Shown here piece after piece: positions 12,978-26,325 of a stretch of 64,000 nucleotides of DNA. The notes below the pieces were generated by a model. It worked only from the letters and a program-made list of their open reading frames with translations. It was not told the DNA's origin and ran no database searches. A program made the position numbers and the translations under genes. The stretch is taken from the NCBI GenBank assembly GCA_016748015.1, contig JAAOMT010000227.1, forward strand, positions 183,239-247,238, given 5' to 3'. Source of the DNA: Geosiphon pyriformis uo1 (Eukaryota > Fungi > Glomeromycota). Numbering within the stretch: position 1 is the stretch's first letter; every line of letters starts with the position of its first letter.

Positions 12978-13972
12978 TTTTATTAGTAGAATTTTAGCTA
13001 TTAATTAGCATAAAATTATCCTTATAATTTCTAACATTAACTAGTATATATTAATATTATTTCAAATTATCAATTATTATTTAATTAAATTATTGAATAT
13101 TACTATTTAATTAATAATCCAATTAGTATAATAGAAATTAGGATAATCAAATTACACAATACTTTGAACTATATAACATTTAAAAATTTGCCAAAATTTG
13201 TAAAAATTTACTAAAATAATAAATAGTTTACTGAATTAGTTAATAATTTATTGAAATAACTTGTAGTTTGTCAAAATATATCTTTAATTCATAGAAATTA
13301 TATCAAAAAGAAAAGTTTAAGTTTATAAATTAGTATTACAACAAATTATATAAAAAAAAAAGCTTTTTTTTTAAAAAAATATATTCTACTTTAGATTTAT
13401 TTTATTTAATTCAAAATTATCTTATTTTATATTAATTAACTTTATAAAAGTAATAAAAATATTAAATACTTAAAAACCAAATTCTTTAACTATTTAAACT
13501 TGAAATTTTTCTGAAACTCAATTAATATTTTGAAATTAATTAGCTACCAATTTCAGTAATCCATTAGTGATTTCAAGCCTGGACCAGAAAACAATTCTTT
13601 TACTGAAATTTTATTTCTTTTATATTTTATTTTATTTTATTTTATTTTATTTTCTTATTATAATTATTAGGATAGCTTACAAACAAGATTTTTATAGAAA
13701 AATTAACTTTTACAACAAAATAACTACATATTTTTGTAAGCTTTCAGACAAGCAATTTCTGGAAAAAAGTTGACTTTTACTATAAAGTAACTACATATAG
13801 TAACTGGCACAGAATTGGTTATTCCACTTATAAGCCCAGCAGTTTAAATTATAGAAAATAATTTGAAGATAAATTCAGTTATTGGAGGTTTAATAACTTC
13901 CAATAAACATAAATTCACAGCAAACAAGCATTAACAACATTCTAGAAAAGAAACCAAAAATTTTTAGTAACA
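12978..13972 (+). repeat. Solo LTR of the element-D family inserted in LINE0
   Basis: Reverse-complement homolog of 56924-57887; ends GTAACA; flanked by GCAT/ACAT (4-bp TSD with one G>A). Confidence 0.85.
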
Positions 13973-15010
13973 ACATGTAGTAAGATTCTTTCAGATTTTG
14001 AGAAGTAGTAAGCATTTTTGCCAAGTATTGTAGTATTGTCTTCAATAATTATTTATAATCTATCTTTATACAAGAATAATATTGGTTTGTATTCTGCTCT
14101 GGTAAAAAGTTTTGTGTTTAAAAGCTGGTACTATAAGGCTTTTGTTTTCTTGGATGATTTTAAGCTGGTAAAAGAAAGAATTATTTCTTTTATAAATGAT
14201 TTGGTATTGATATACAAATCTTTAATCTGGTGTTACAGATCTGAATATAGAGCTGATTTGAAAAAAATAAATGTATATTAGCTAATTCACTATCTTACTT
14301 AATATATTAATAATATAAATAATTTGAATGATAGAATAGTTATATTGTTTAGTGTAGAAAAGATTAAGAGTGTTTATTTTAGCATGCAATTTAAATGTAT
14401 GTTTTTTTCAGATATGAATGGTGATATAGTAGTTCTAGCAAGTTTATAATATAGTTTTGATTAGCTTAAGTGGCTAATTATATATAGCAAATATGTAAAT
14501 CATGTTTAGTTTATAATATATATATGTTGTATTTTTCTAAATAGCAATTAGACCATACTCATTAAACCAAATAAAAAAAAAACATTCTATTTCAGAAATT
14601 ATTTCAAAAAATTAGTTTGGTTAAAGAATTTTATTTAATTAATTATTAAAAAATATAATATATAATAATTTTAATTAAACAAAATAATAATAATTATATA
14701 TTTAATATAATTTTTATTTGTTATTTGAATATGTAAATAATAAAGTTGATTAATTAAATAAAAAAAAAATATATATAAAAAACACAAAAATACTTGGTAT
14801 TTTAATAAGTTATGCTATTATGTTTTAATTAATTATATTTACTATAAATATATATATGGAAAACATATAAAAAATAAAAAAAACTCTTTTTCTTGTTGAT
14901 TTCCCAACCATGATGAGAGTAATATTTTGTCGAAATTTTAATTAGTCCTATTCCTTTCTTCCCTTGTTTTCTTTCTAATTATTTCTTCTGACTTTCTTCC
15001 TCTTGTTGCG

Positions 15011-16986
15011 ATAGAACTGTTAGGCTCTTCTGCTGGTGGTTCTAGTTCCATTTTGGCTGGATTGGAGACCTAGCCTAATAATAAAAAAAAAGTGTGCATT
15101 GAGAGCATATACTCTCGTAGTCTTTTGTACAAAAAATCTAGGAATCCTAGTGCACCTGGTGGTGTAGTGGATTTGTTGGCTGGTCTTGTTCCTATTACCG
15201 TTTTGCAAACTGGCAATTTGGAGCACAAGGTATCTTGGAGTAGTGAAGTAGAGGGCAAAAATGCTAGTGTTAGTGGTGTGTCTGACTTAGAAAACATGAC
15301 CAACATGGTCGCAGAAGAGATGAGTTATGTGGGTTCTAGTGGTTCTGAAGCTGATGATATGGTAGATGATACGACTCTGAGAAAGACATAGACAAGGATA
15401 TATGTTCTAGGAAAACCATCAAGGAAACCTTCTTTCAACAATATAAGTGACATCAACAATATTTTGGAGCTCCAGTCTCCCAAGTTTCAAGACTCTAATC
15501 AGCTGCCAAATATTATGTCACATGGTCTGGAAAAAAGAAGTTTCAAGCCAGTAAAATTGTTTGCATTGGATGTTGAGTTGGCTGCCATGTCTGGAAAAAC
15601 AAATGATGATAAGTTAATTGCAATTAAAAAAATATTTTATTGAATTGATGGCTTTGAAGGAGCGTCAACTTCTTCAAAATTCCCAGAGATCATCAGAGCT
15701 TTATTTACATCTGAGTTTAGTATGAAAAAAGCAAAGGAATTGACAATCTGTAAGAAAATTCTTATTAATGATAACCTAAGAAAAGTAAACAGCCATTCAA
15801 ATTAGGAGGTGATCATCAAAGAGATCTCAGTAAATCTTTTCAAATCGGCAATTGAGTCAGTGTTCTCTAAATTTGGTCAGGTAATTTTGATTAGGATACA
15901 ACTGATTGGGCTTTGGCAAAAAGCTTTAGTGAAATTTAAGTCTTCAGATGTGGCCAGTTTGGTTGCTTCCAAATAGTCAGTGTTCATGAGAAAAAATTCT
16001 GTGCATATGGCTTTGGCAAATGAGAACAAACAGACATAAGTGTTTAAGGATCAGCATCAGGCTTTGGTTTATACTCTTCCAGTTGGTACCATGGCCCATG
16101 ATTTTTCTGTTTTGGTGGAGGCTTTTGGTGGGAAAACCTATTTTATTGGCCGTAATCCTGCGTCTTATATATAAGATAGGTGCACTGTCATTTGTTTTGA
16201 GGATAAAGCATCTATGTTGGCTGCTGTTGGTTCTGTTCCAGTTTTTAAGGGTGTAAGTTTGCACTGGGCTGGTCTTTCTTTGGCATGTTATGCCAAATGC
16301 AAACAATTTGGTCATGTTTCTGAGATGTATTCAGTTAGTGGGAATTCTGGAGTTTGTGAAAAGTGGGTAGTGACTGATTATAATTGGGTTTGCCTGGCCA
16401 ACATTTATAAAAAGAAGCAGATGCCTATTATTTGTCCAGTTTTTTTTGGTGGCAAAACTTGGGCTTAAGTTGCAGATGGTTCCTCTTTTCTTTTGAGTTC
16501 TTCATCTCTTTTGGGTACTGGTTTGTCTTCTGGCACTAAATTTTCTATTGGTGCTTGGTCTTCTTCTACTAGTGCTGATCCTCATGATGTCTCTGATTTG
16601 TTCGATCACTTGGCATCTTTGGAATGGTTTTTGGAGCTTTTAACTGATTAGGTTTCTGGTATTGTAAGAAAGTTAAGCTTTGTGGAACTGGTGTCTTTGC
16701 TGCCAGTTTCTTATAAGCTTCTTTTGGCTGTCTTTACACCCTTGGCTCCAGAAGTTAATTCAGATATGGTTTTGGATGATGTGCCAAAGCTTTTGCCCTC
16801 TTTTCTTCTGTTGTTGTTAATGATACTTCTGGTTTCAGTTCAAGTAGCTCCAAGATTCTAACCACCAAGATGGGTGGATTGGAGTCGAAAATAATGTCTT
16901 TGGAAGCCTTAATTAGTTCAGTGTTAATTAAATTGGATTATTTGTGTTCTGGTTCTGGTTCCTTATTACCTTTTTCATCCCAATAA
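15011..16986 (+). pseudogene. LINE1 ORF1 (RRM-like region plus CCHC knuckle)
   Basis: YAKCKQFGHVSEMY decayed knuckle; homologous to LINE2 ORF1; start codon decayed ATG>ATA (approximate). Confidence 0.75.
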
Positions 16987-19900
16987 GTGGTTTGGTTTGA
17001 AAATTTGCTATGTGCAATGCTCGAAGTATCAATGTTTCTGCAAAGCAGATAAATGTTGTTTGCTGGCATATAAGTTCTGGGAATATAGTTTCTTTCGTTA
17101 CTGAGACAAAGTTGAGGTCTTCCTCTGCGCTTTGGATCAAGGATAAATATGATGAAGTTCGGATTTTTACTTCTGGTTTGGATGTTGGGTATCTTGGTGC
17201 TAGTGTTGTTGTTATTATGAACAATTCTTTGGTTTGTCATGTTTCTAAAATTGAGGTGGTTCCTGGTCGAGTTATTTTGGTGTGGCTTCTGTTTAAGGGC
17301 AAACTTTCGGTGTCTGTTCTCAGTTTGTATGCTGATGCTTCTGCTGGCATTTGTTTTGAGCAAGCATCTGAGGTTAACTCTATCATTGCTAAGGCTGTTA
17401 ACACTAGCACTTTTGTGGTCTTGGGTAAAGATTTTAATGAGTGTAAGTCTGAAAGAAGTGCGAGTTTCAAGTTTTGCTCGAGTCTGGATCTGGTTAATTC
17501 ATTTAATAGCCATCATTTGGTTAAGGCTCCTACATGGTACAATTTAAAAGATGCTAAGAGGACTTTTGATTATATTTTTGTTAGTAAAAGTCTATTTTCT
17601 GCTGTTGTAAAGTGTTGAGTCAGTTCTGTTTCTGATTTTTTTGATACAGACCACAATGCTGTGGTGATATCAGTCAGTCTGGAAGGACTTCTGGATGTTC
17701 AGTTGAATGGTTTGTGTAAACAAGCTAACAAGAATTGTTGGAAGTTTAAGATCAAGGATGTGGACAGTTCTGGGTGGTCTCACTTTAGAGATTACTTCTC
17801 TATTAGGATTCTGATAATAAAGAATAGGTTTCTTGCTGCAGCTACAGGTCATGATTTAGATACTATGTGGTTGCTGCTGAAAGGGGCATTAGTGGATTCT
17901 GCAGATGAGATTTTTTTTAGGCTTTGATTCAGTAATTTTCAGTGTTTAAAAAATAAGTGGTCTTCTAAGTTTCTGGAATTGGAGTTGTTGGTTTCCAAGA
18001 TTGTCAAGAGGTTGGAATCTAATGACACTTTCAGGTTCAATTGCCTTGTTGAAAAATAGTTAACTTTGGATGCTAATAAGGCTCTTGTGTTAAGGAACAT
18101 GGTTTATGCTGGTCAAAAAATAATGGACGTTCTTAAATATTTGTCAATTGTCAGAAAAGGGTACAAGAAATCCAAAATGTATGAATCAAAATTGGTGCAG
18201 AAGGCTTCTATCAGAGCAGCTATTGAGAAACACATGGAAAAGTTTTGTTTAGACAAAGGCAATATAATCAGTAGTGTTTTGGATAGACTCTTTCGGAAAA
18301 TGGTGTTGGATCACTTAGTGGTTGATGATGAGCTGGTGTTGAATCCAGATGGGGTAAGACTAAATGTTGACAGAATTATAGAAGGTTAAACAAGTAAACA
18401 TGTGGTGCCTTCTGCACTGTCTGATCTCTGGACTTGCCAGTATGCACTTTTGGACTATGTTACAAATAATGCCTTTTCTGGTGTGATGGATGTGATTAAC
18501 ATGAGTGAGTTGCTTGTAGTTGTTGGTGGTCTGCCTAATAGTAAAGCCATTGGCTTGTCTGGCATTCCAAACAAACTTTGGAAGCATGGTGGCAAGAGTG
18601 TAATGGAGTGTTTTCTGGTGCTGTTGAATGAATGTCTTTTTGTTGGTGCAGTACCTGTCTTGTGGAAAAGAGCATGGGTTTCAATAATCCCTAAACCTTA
18701 TGATTGAAATAGAATTCTCATGAATACCTGCTCTATTGCTTTGATTGAGACAGCCAGAAAAATTTTTTCCAAGATTCTTTTTGATAGAATTTCTTTCACT
18801 TGTAGCAAGTTTGGTGTCTTCTGTGGCAACAATTTCTCAGTGTTAAAAAGTACCTCTACACAAGTTCCAGTATTTGCTGTTGGGTCTGTGGTTGAAGATG
18901 TTCTTGAGAAAAATAAGAAATTTTAGTTGATTTTGCAGAATATACATAAGGTGTATGATTCTGTTGGTTGGCACCACTTAAAGACTAGCCTATGGTGTAT
19001 CAAGATGTGTGACAGGTTTATCAAGTTTTTTGGCAGTATTCACGAGAATAGAATTAACAGGGTGATGACCAATTTTGGCCTCTCAAATGGTTATAGGGTA
19101 CATGATAGTTTGAATCAAGATGAGGTTTTTTCACCTCTTCTTTAAAGAATTTTTTATGATCCACTATTGTGTAAAATTAAAAGGCATGAGCATTTATGTG
19201 GGTATCAGATTAATACTAAGTTTGTGGCTAAATCAGGCAGAATTGAGAGTAGTGGTGGAATGTCTTCCTTTTTTGTGGCTGGGGTGTTTGTTGATAACAC
19301 CATTTGGATCGGAAATTGCCAAACATCAATGCAGTATGTCTTGGACATTGCCAGTGAATTTTTTTTGATTAATGATATTTCTATCAATAGTAAGAAGACT
19401 GTGGCCATTCCTATTAATCAGAGTGTTAAGGTTGCTTCTCTGGATATTAATGGGCAGTCGATTTCTATTGCCAAAAGAGGCAAGACACACAGATATTTGG
19501 AAATTTTTTTGTCAACTGAAGGCTTGTCTAAGTCTAGTTTGGCCAAGACTCATTCGGATGTTCGTTTTTTTACCAATGTAGTGCTCAAGAAAGCTATCAC
19601 AGATAAGCAGTTCTCATATTTAGTGTCAGCTGTTTTGCAGCCTATTGTCAACTACCATACTCAATTCAGCTTTGTTTCTTTAAATGTGTGCTGCAAGTGA
19701 GATGCCTTGATCAGAAAGGGTCTTAAGCTTAAAGCTGGTCTTCCTCATGATTTTTTTGATACAGCTTTGCATTATCTCTCATTGTATGGCCTGAAATCTT
19801 TTGAGCAGATATAGGCTAAGAGCAAATTGGCTGCTATGATCACATTTTTTAATGCTTCGGGCATTTTGGGGCATTTGTTTGATCATAGATTTCTGAATTT

Positions 19901-21614
19901 GCAGGTTCTGGGTTGGGCTCCTTTGGATCTTCTACAGTTCTCTGTTAAGTTACATGTTAGTCCTGTGAACAATTTTTTGGCTGGTATGGTTAAGATTTTT
20001 TTGGGTAATGAGCTGTCCCTGGTAAATAACCTGTCTTGTGCTTTTTGTAATCCTGGTAATTTCCCTATGTTATTGGTGCTAGGGAGTGTTTCTTACTTTG
20101 GTTCTGTTTGTTTTTTGAAGCAATTTGGTGTTGCCTTTGAGGACAGATTGCTTAATAAGAAGGATCATGTGATGGATTGAAAGACTTTTCACTAGTGGAA
20201 AAGGCTCAACCCAAGAGGCCCTGTCTTTTATTGGTTTGATTTCACATCTAGGTTTTTGCGTGATAGTGGTGCTTTATCATCTGGTCTGGCTAGAGCCAAT
20301 TGACTCTTTAGTCTGGACATTTTGGCTTCTGAGGAGTTTTCTGATTTGCATAGTAGTTTACACAAATTATAGTCTGGTTCTTTTGAAATTTTTATGAATG
20401 GTTCATTGAAAAATTTTGGCTCTTCTAGTATTGCTGGTGGTGCTGCTACATATTTTCTTGCTATTGATTGTAGTATTGGTGTTAAGGTCCATGGTTTGAT
20501 GTTTTCCACCTTGGCCAAGTTGCAGACTGTTGCTTTGGTGTTGGAATGTGTTCCATCTTCTAGTGTGGTGACATTACACTTTGATAGTCAAGCTGTCATT
20601 GATATGTGTATTTCCAAGTTGTCTCATCTGGTGTCTGATTTCCAAGTTCTGTGCTGAGTAGAGAGACATTACATTTTTGATTTGGTTAGGAAGAAAGATT
20701 TGAGCATAAGTTGGGTCAAAGTTAAAAGTCATTCTGGTGTTTGTGGCAACATTAAAGCTGATGCTGCTGCTGGTGCTATTGCATGTTCTCGGTTTTTCTT
20801 GTCCATTAGGGTGCAGAAACGGCTTTTAATTGCTGAGAATATGATTGTGTCTGGCAATGCCTGCTATTTTGTTAGGAATCTGTTTAGATCTGTGTGCTGA
20901 ACACATTAGAAGACTGGGCCTGACTGTGATGTAATTTGGAGTAGTTTAATCAAATGTGTGGACTGAAGTGTTATCTCGAGAGTGTGGCACCCTGACTCAC
21001 ACATGCTTATTGGGTCTACTAGTCAGAAGTCTTTTATGCTGCAGTCATATTTGATAAAGGCTGTGCATTGTTGACTCTTTGTGGCTATTCGAAAGAAGTT
21101 GTATGATAAGAGTTACCCTGGTGTGCTGTGCTTATTGTGTAGGGAGGTGGAGTTGCCTGATCATGCATTTTCTTGTGCCATAGATGCTGATGTCCAAAAT
21201 AAGATTATTGTTGAGGCTGCTGTGTCTTGGGTTTCTTTGGTGAGTTCTCATGTCTTGTTTTCTTCTGCTGTTTTGCAGTTTTTCAGTTATTGCTCCTCAA
21301 ATGTTGACTTGTATTTGGTTCTGTGTAAGGGATTTGTCATGAGTAATTGGTGTTCAGAGGCAGTTGAGGTTTTTAAAGTCGGGAAGATTGCTGTTGGTGT
21401 TGTTGTCAATTTTGTAAGAAATGTTGTTGAGCTACACTGTCATAGGGTCTGGCTGGTAAGATCTAGTTATAAGGTGTATATGGAGAAGGCTGGTTCAGTT
21501 GAAAATGATAGAGTAATATCAAGTTTGTCATGTTGCAAGACATCTGTATTGTCTGATGGCATGGTTCGGATGCTTGGTGTCTTGGGTTTTTTTTCTGTTA
21601 ATTTTGGCTGTCAT
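16983..21614 (+). pseudogene. LINE1 ORF2: AP endonuclease, reverse transcriptase, RNase H, C-terminal CCHC
   Basis: MCNARSIN, ETKL, GKDFN, DYIF and TDH (APE); KVYDSV and FVD(D>N)TIW (RT); MNGS and KVKSHSG..GN (RNase H); CLLC...DHAFSC. Confidence 0.9.
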
Positions 21615-22045
21615 AGTGAAATCAGTATTAAAAAACAATATAAAGCTCTTTTATGTAAAATTTGCTTTTCAAGTGTTTTTAAAAACTGCATTTTTGGTTG
21701 AGCTTATGATGTAAATTATTTATAGTTATCAAACAATTTATATAATTTTAAATTGTATCTAGTCTTCCAATTTTAATAATATTAAAAAACTAAACTGTAA
21801 ATATGATAGATTAAGTTCTTCTCTTTTACATTTACAGTTTAATTTTTTGAATTATAATATATTTTATAAAGTTATTAAAGTTTAAAATTAGCCACTTTTA
21901 TTATTAATCTTTAATTTTTGGATGCTGATCAATTAGATTTTAGCCAATCAGCAATCATTAAAGTCACATTACCACATAATAAATCATCAAAATATTATCA
22001 TTTCCAGAAAGGCTTTCAATTAATATTAATCTAATCTTTAGATGG

Positions 22046-24160
22046 TCACTTTTTCATAAAGATATAGTATCTCTCAGCCTGTGTGTTTTCTGCTGATGAC
22101 ACAGCACCATTAACCATGAATATTCTATTTACACCACCACTATATTTGGTTGTTATTATTGGGACAGAAACTCAGATATTAATATTGTTCACACCAGGTG
22201 TCAAAAGAATTATAAAAGTACTATGAGCAATTGTCGGAGAATTTGGGAATGTCATTTGTACTCTATTTGTGACCTTGTGTCCTTCTCAATAAACATTGAG
22301 AACAACTGGCTTTGGTGTTGAGAGCAGCAGATTTGAGACAAAAATTGGAATGACTGTAACATAATTGGCTGTCGGCCCAAGAGTAATACTATGGGTGAAA
22401 TGTTTGGTATTAAGAGACATTGCAAAAGATCAATCACTTGCCCCAATTCCTGTACCTTGAAACAAGGGCACGGCTCAAAATTTATGAAAAAAATTAATGC
22501 AATTAATTTTTTAATAAATGGACTCTGCAGTAAATTATAGATGACTTACCTTTTTTTAGAGCATTATATACGTAACATATGTTCTTCAATAACTGATGTT
22601 TTAAACACTTCTTTTTCATAAAATTTTAGAAATAGATTATGTTCTGTCTGATAAGAAAAATGATTAAAAGCTTAAAAATGTAAAGCATAAGAGTAGTATT
22701 CATGATTAAAAATTAACTTGATCAGATCTGAAAAAAAAAGAAACCACAAATCATTTTTGCAATCTATGAGAGGTAAAAAACAGTAAGCAACTTTGAAAAT
22801 TTTAACCAGTATTATTTTTATTATAATGTGGATATTTACTTTGAATTCACAAATAACTTTTTAATAATTATAATATTGTATTTCAAAGAATTGCTTGGAT
22901 CTAAGAGATATATGAAATTCCCTGTAATAAAGATTTCTGGTTAAATTTAATATTTGAATGATAAATTATACCAAAGAGAAATATAATGACTAAAATACCT
23001 ATTGTGTATTCGACTGAATCATGATCTAGTTTTAGAATTGGTTTTCTAGACTGTAAAAAAAATTTTAATTGTTGAATATTTTAACAACTTATTAGAATGT
23101 GATATATAATAGCTTATCACAGTAATCAAAAAACTTACATCAGTTGGTGTTAATTTAGGAGAATCAGATTGGAATTGAAAGATCTTTGGCTTTACCTTGA
23201 TTGGAAAAACTGAAGTTGTCTTAAAGCCCATAATCTTGAATAGCTCTTTTTTGTTAGTGTTGTACATTTTCTAAAGAGTTTGTTTTGATGCAAAAAATGT
23301 ATGAAACATATTAGTTCAAGTAGATAAAACCCAGATTTTTTTGTAAAGGCCTAATAAACTTTTCACTTGTAAGAATTTGGCATCTTTGAAAATGTGTGAA
23401 TCATCATTAAAATACATAGCATTTTTAAAATCAATTGCAATTTCTGATCGAATTTATAAATAGATGATATCTTTTTCAAATTTTCTACTGATGTGATATA
23501 GAAAACATATGTCAAGTATTAAGTGACCAATGAAAAAGAAGTGCATAGTACCAACCTCAATTATGTTTAAGAATCTTGGTTCTTCAATTACATCATAATA
23601 TTCTGGATATTCTTCTTTGAACAGTAAATCCATAAATAATTTGGCATATTGTTGACCACTGAATATGAAAATGAGAAGTCACAACTAGGCTGTAATACTA
23701 AAATTGAAATCTATCTCAAATATCCTTACCTATTATCTTTTTGATCAACAATCATTTGCAATAAATCTTTCATCAGCTTTGAGGAATTGGCTTTAATTTG
23801 AAAATCAGGTTTCTTTTGAATTGGTTGTTTAATTGTCAATATTAGATTTTTTTGCCCAAATTCCTTGTCATAAGTTGAAGAGGTTTTTGTGGTAACTATT
23901 TTTATTGATGTCACCTAAATTTTCAGCTCAGATAATCTCTCCAATCCCAATAAAAATTTTTTTTTGATGAATGCCAAAGGAGCTTTTTTTGATTGCTTCT
24001 TATCCAGAACTACAAAACAGAAATTAAAGTTTAAATTGGAACCAAAGAGATTTAAAGAATAGATATATACTTGAGTTAAAAATGCCATTTCCATTGTGAT
24101 ACAATTTTGTTGTACAATATTACACAGTTCAAATTCTTTAATTCTGTTCAAGCACCAATT
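22046..24160 (-). pseudogene. Intron-containing bromodomain + BAH + putative Ig-like C-terminal domain protein (RSC1/2/4 / polybromo-like), 5'-truncated pseudogene
   Basis: Splicing of GT-AG introns (23729-23659, 23555-23485, 23366-23271, 23138-23051, 22998-22922, 22839-22764, 22717-22648, 22549-~22477) gives bromodomain SGQQYAKLFMDLLFKEEYPEYYDVIEEPRFLNIIE...FKNAMYFNDDSHIFKDAKFLQ, BAH VEYTIGNFIYLLDP...FRSDQTEH...FYEKEVFKT, and C-terminal LTPGVNNINI...ERYYIFMKK*. Stops, frameshifts and an internal deletion are present. The 5' limit is approximate. Confidence 0.85.
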
Positions 24161-24193
24161 ACACACTAGATTAACATCACATCACATAAAAAA

Positions 24194-26325
24194 ATGCCAC
24201 TTCATTCTAAAGGAAAAAGAAAAGCTAAAGATTAAGTTAGAAATGCAAAAGAATCATATAAAAAAACACATCATACCACTTTAATAAATGATTATGATAT
24301 TGAAGTAAATGAATTTAACAGACTGGATGTTAGTAATAGAGAGTGGGATGACAATAATGACAGTAAATGGGATGATACAGAAGATATGGAAACTGCAATT
24401 AAAATAAATACAAAATTAAAAAAACTCAGTTTAGTATAGAAAAATGACAATCATTTAAAAAAAAAAAAGCAAAGCCCTTACATGACAAAAAAGATACCAA
24501 AGTCAACCTATTACAATAAATATAGACCAAATGGTTTATTCACCAAAACAGCAGCTGGAACTAAAAAAAATATCACTTTTTTAATATTAGTGATGCTTAA
24601 ACTACAGACTTACAATGGTCTGAATCTAATGAATCTTTAAGCAATTCAGAAAGTGAGATTGATCCGTATGCTAATCAAATAAAAAAAGGGCAAGAGTTAA
24701 AAGAACATTTAGAAAAACAACATGCTTAGTTAACTATCTTTGAATATAATTAAAAAAGAGCTATTTTTGAATATCTTACCTTGTTAAATGATAATAATAG
24801 ACATGGAAAAATTAATGCCAGTTTGAAAATTGCCCAGAAAATTTTTATTGATAGTAGTATATAGAAAGCACAAAGAATTTGATATCTTGCAAAGTATTGG
24901 TTGCTTAATAATAAGCTTCCAATATTAAAACATAGAAAACACCAAAAAACAATTAGAATAATTGATGATGAAAACATTGCAGAAAGATGTCATATTTGGA
25001 TTAGAAACTAAAACTTCAATGCCACTCCAGCCACATTTAAAAAATTCATTAAGCATGAATTGTTTCCTAATATTGGAATAATAAAAGAAAAAACTATTAG
25101 TCTTACAACTGCAGTAAGATGGCTCAAAATTCTTGGTTATTCATTCCAACAACATTATCAAGACTTATATTATGATGGACATAAAAAAAATGATGTCTTG
25201 CAATCTCGAAAAGAATTTTTAGAAAAAATATTTGAGCATAAAAAATATATGTCAAAGTATAAAGATAAATTTATGGATTAAATACGTCCTAACTTACTTA
25301 ATGAAAAGAAAGAAAAAGTTCTTGTAGTCCATGATGAATGCATTTTTTATTCAAATAATGGCAAGTGTGGCATATGGGCTGAACATAAAAATTTGCCACT
25401 AAGAAAAAAAGGAAATAGAAGATCAATCATGGTCAGTAAATTTCTAACTAAAATTGATAAACATTTACATTTACAACAAAATGATATAGAAAACAATTCT
25501 AATATACCAGAAGAGGCACAATGCTATTTGCAATCTGGTATAAATCAAGATAGTTATTGAACAGCAGACCATTTTCTTAAACAAATTAAATGTAAAGCAA
25601 TTCCAATTTTTGAGAAATTATATTCAGACTGTACAGCTGTATTTGCTTTTGATAATAGCTTTAATCATGCAGCATTTAGTAAAGATGCTTTAATTGTAAG
25701 CAGAATGAATTTAAGTCCAGGTGGAAAGCAATCATTGATATGAGATACTTTTTTTGAATTAGATAATCAATTATAATTAATAATCTTCCCAGAAACATAT
25801 TCAGACAAAAAACTTTGAGAATTGCCTAAAAGAATTAAACAAGTATTAATAGAACAAGGAAAATGGCCATCAAAAGAATTAATATTAGAATGTCAAAAAT
25901 GCAAAGAAAAAATCAAAGATTCTTCAAAAGTTTCTTGTTGTGCACATTGAGTAATATCTTTGGAATCCGATTTTTATGCTCAAAAAAATGCAATTGAAGA
26001 ATTAATCGAAAGTATGGGACATAAGTGTATTTTTTTTCCAAAATTTCATTGCAAATTAAATTTTATTAAAAGATATTGGGGAGCTGCTAAAAAATATGCA
26101 TATAACAAATGTGATTATTCATAGAAAAAATTGCAAAAAACAGTGCCTGAAAGTCTTGAATCAATATCTTTAATAACTATTAGACAATTTTCAAGAAAAT
26201 GTTGGTGTTATATGAATTTTTATAAAAAAAGTCTTAGTAGAAAATTAGTAAAATATGCTATAAAAAAGTATAAATCTCATAGAAGAATTCCAGATAATAT
26301 TTTTGAAAAATTAGACAAATTATAA
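24194..26325 (+). pseudogene. IS630/Tc1/mariner-superfamily DDE transposase with a long D-E spacer (DD138E), about 710 codons
   Basis: VHDECIFYSN (D 25333), FAFDNSFNH (D 25651), FPKFHC(E>K)LNFI(E>K)RYWG (E 26068). Element ends are not securely defined. Confidence 0.85.

Larger units (their letters stand above)
650..14582 (+). mobile_element. Old LINE remnant (LINE0: RNase H, C-terminal zinc finger, 3' UTR, poly-A), split by Gypsy A and a solo LTR
   Basis: ORF 730-1101 matches the RNase H region of LINE1 (20394-20657); the sequence resumes at 12632-12977 and 13977-14280 (LYSALVKSFVFKSW vs LYLVLCKGFVMSNW in LINE1); it ends ...GACCATACTCATTAAACC followed by an A tract. Confidence 0.8.
14884..21614 (+). 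mobile_element. LINE1: non-LTR retrotransposon (APE-RT-RNase H-zinc finger), 3' end truncated
   Basis: Pyrimidine-rich 5' UTR (start approximate), ORF1 with zinc knuckle, ORF2 domains in order; homology to LINE2 stops at ...FGCH (about 21614), before the normal stop and tail. Confidence 0.9.

Noticed and set aside
15020-20518. Minus-strand ORFs over LINE1 (and similar antisense ORFs over the Gypsy elements and within LTRs)
   Set aside because: These are antisense shadows of coding frames or translated repeats, with no recognisable motifs.
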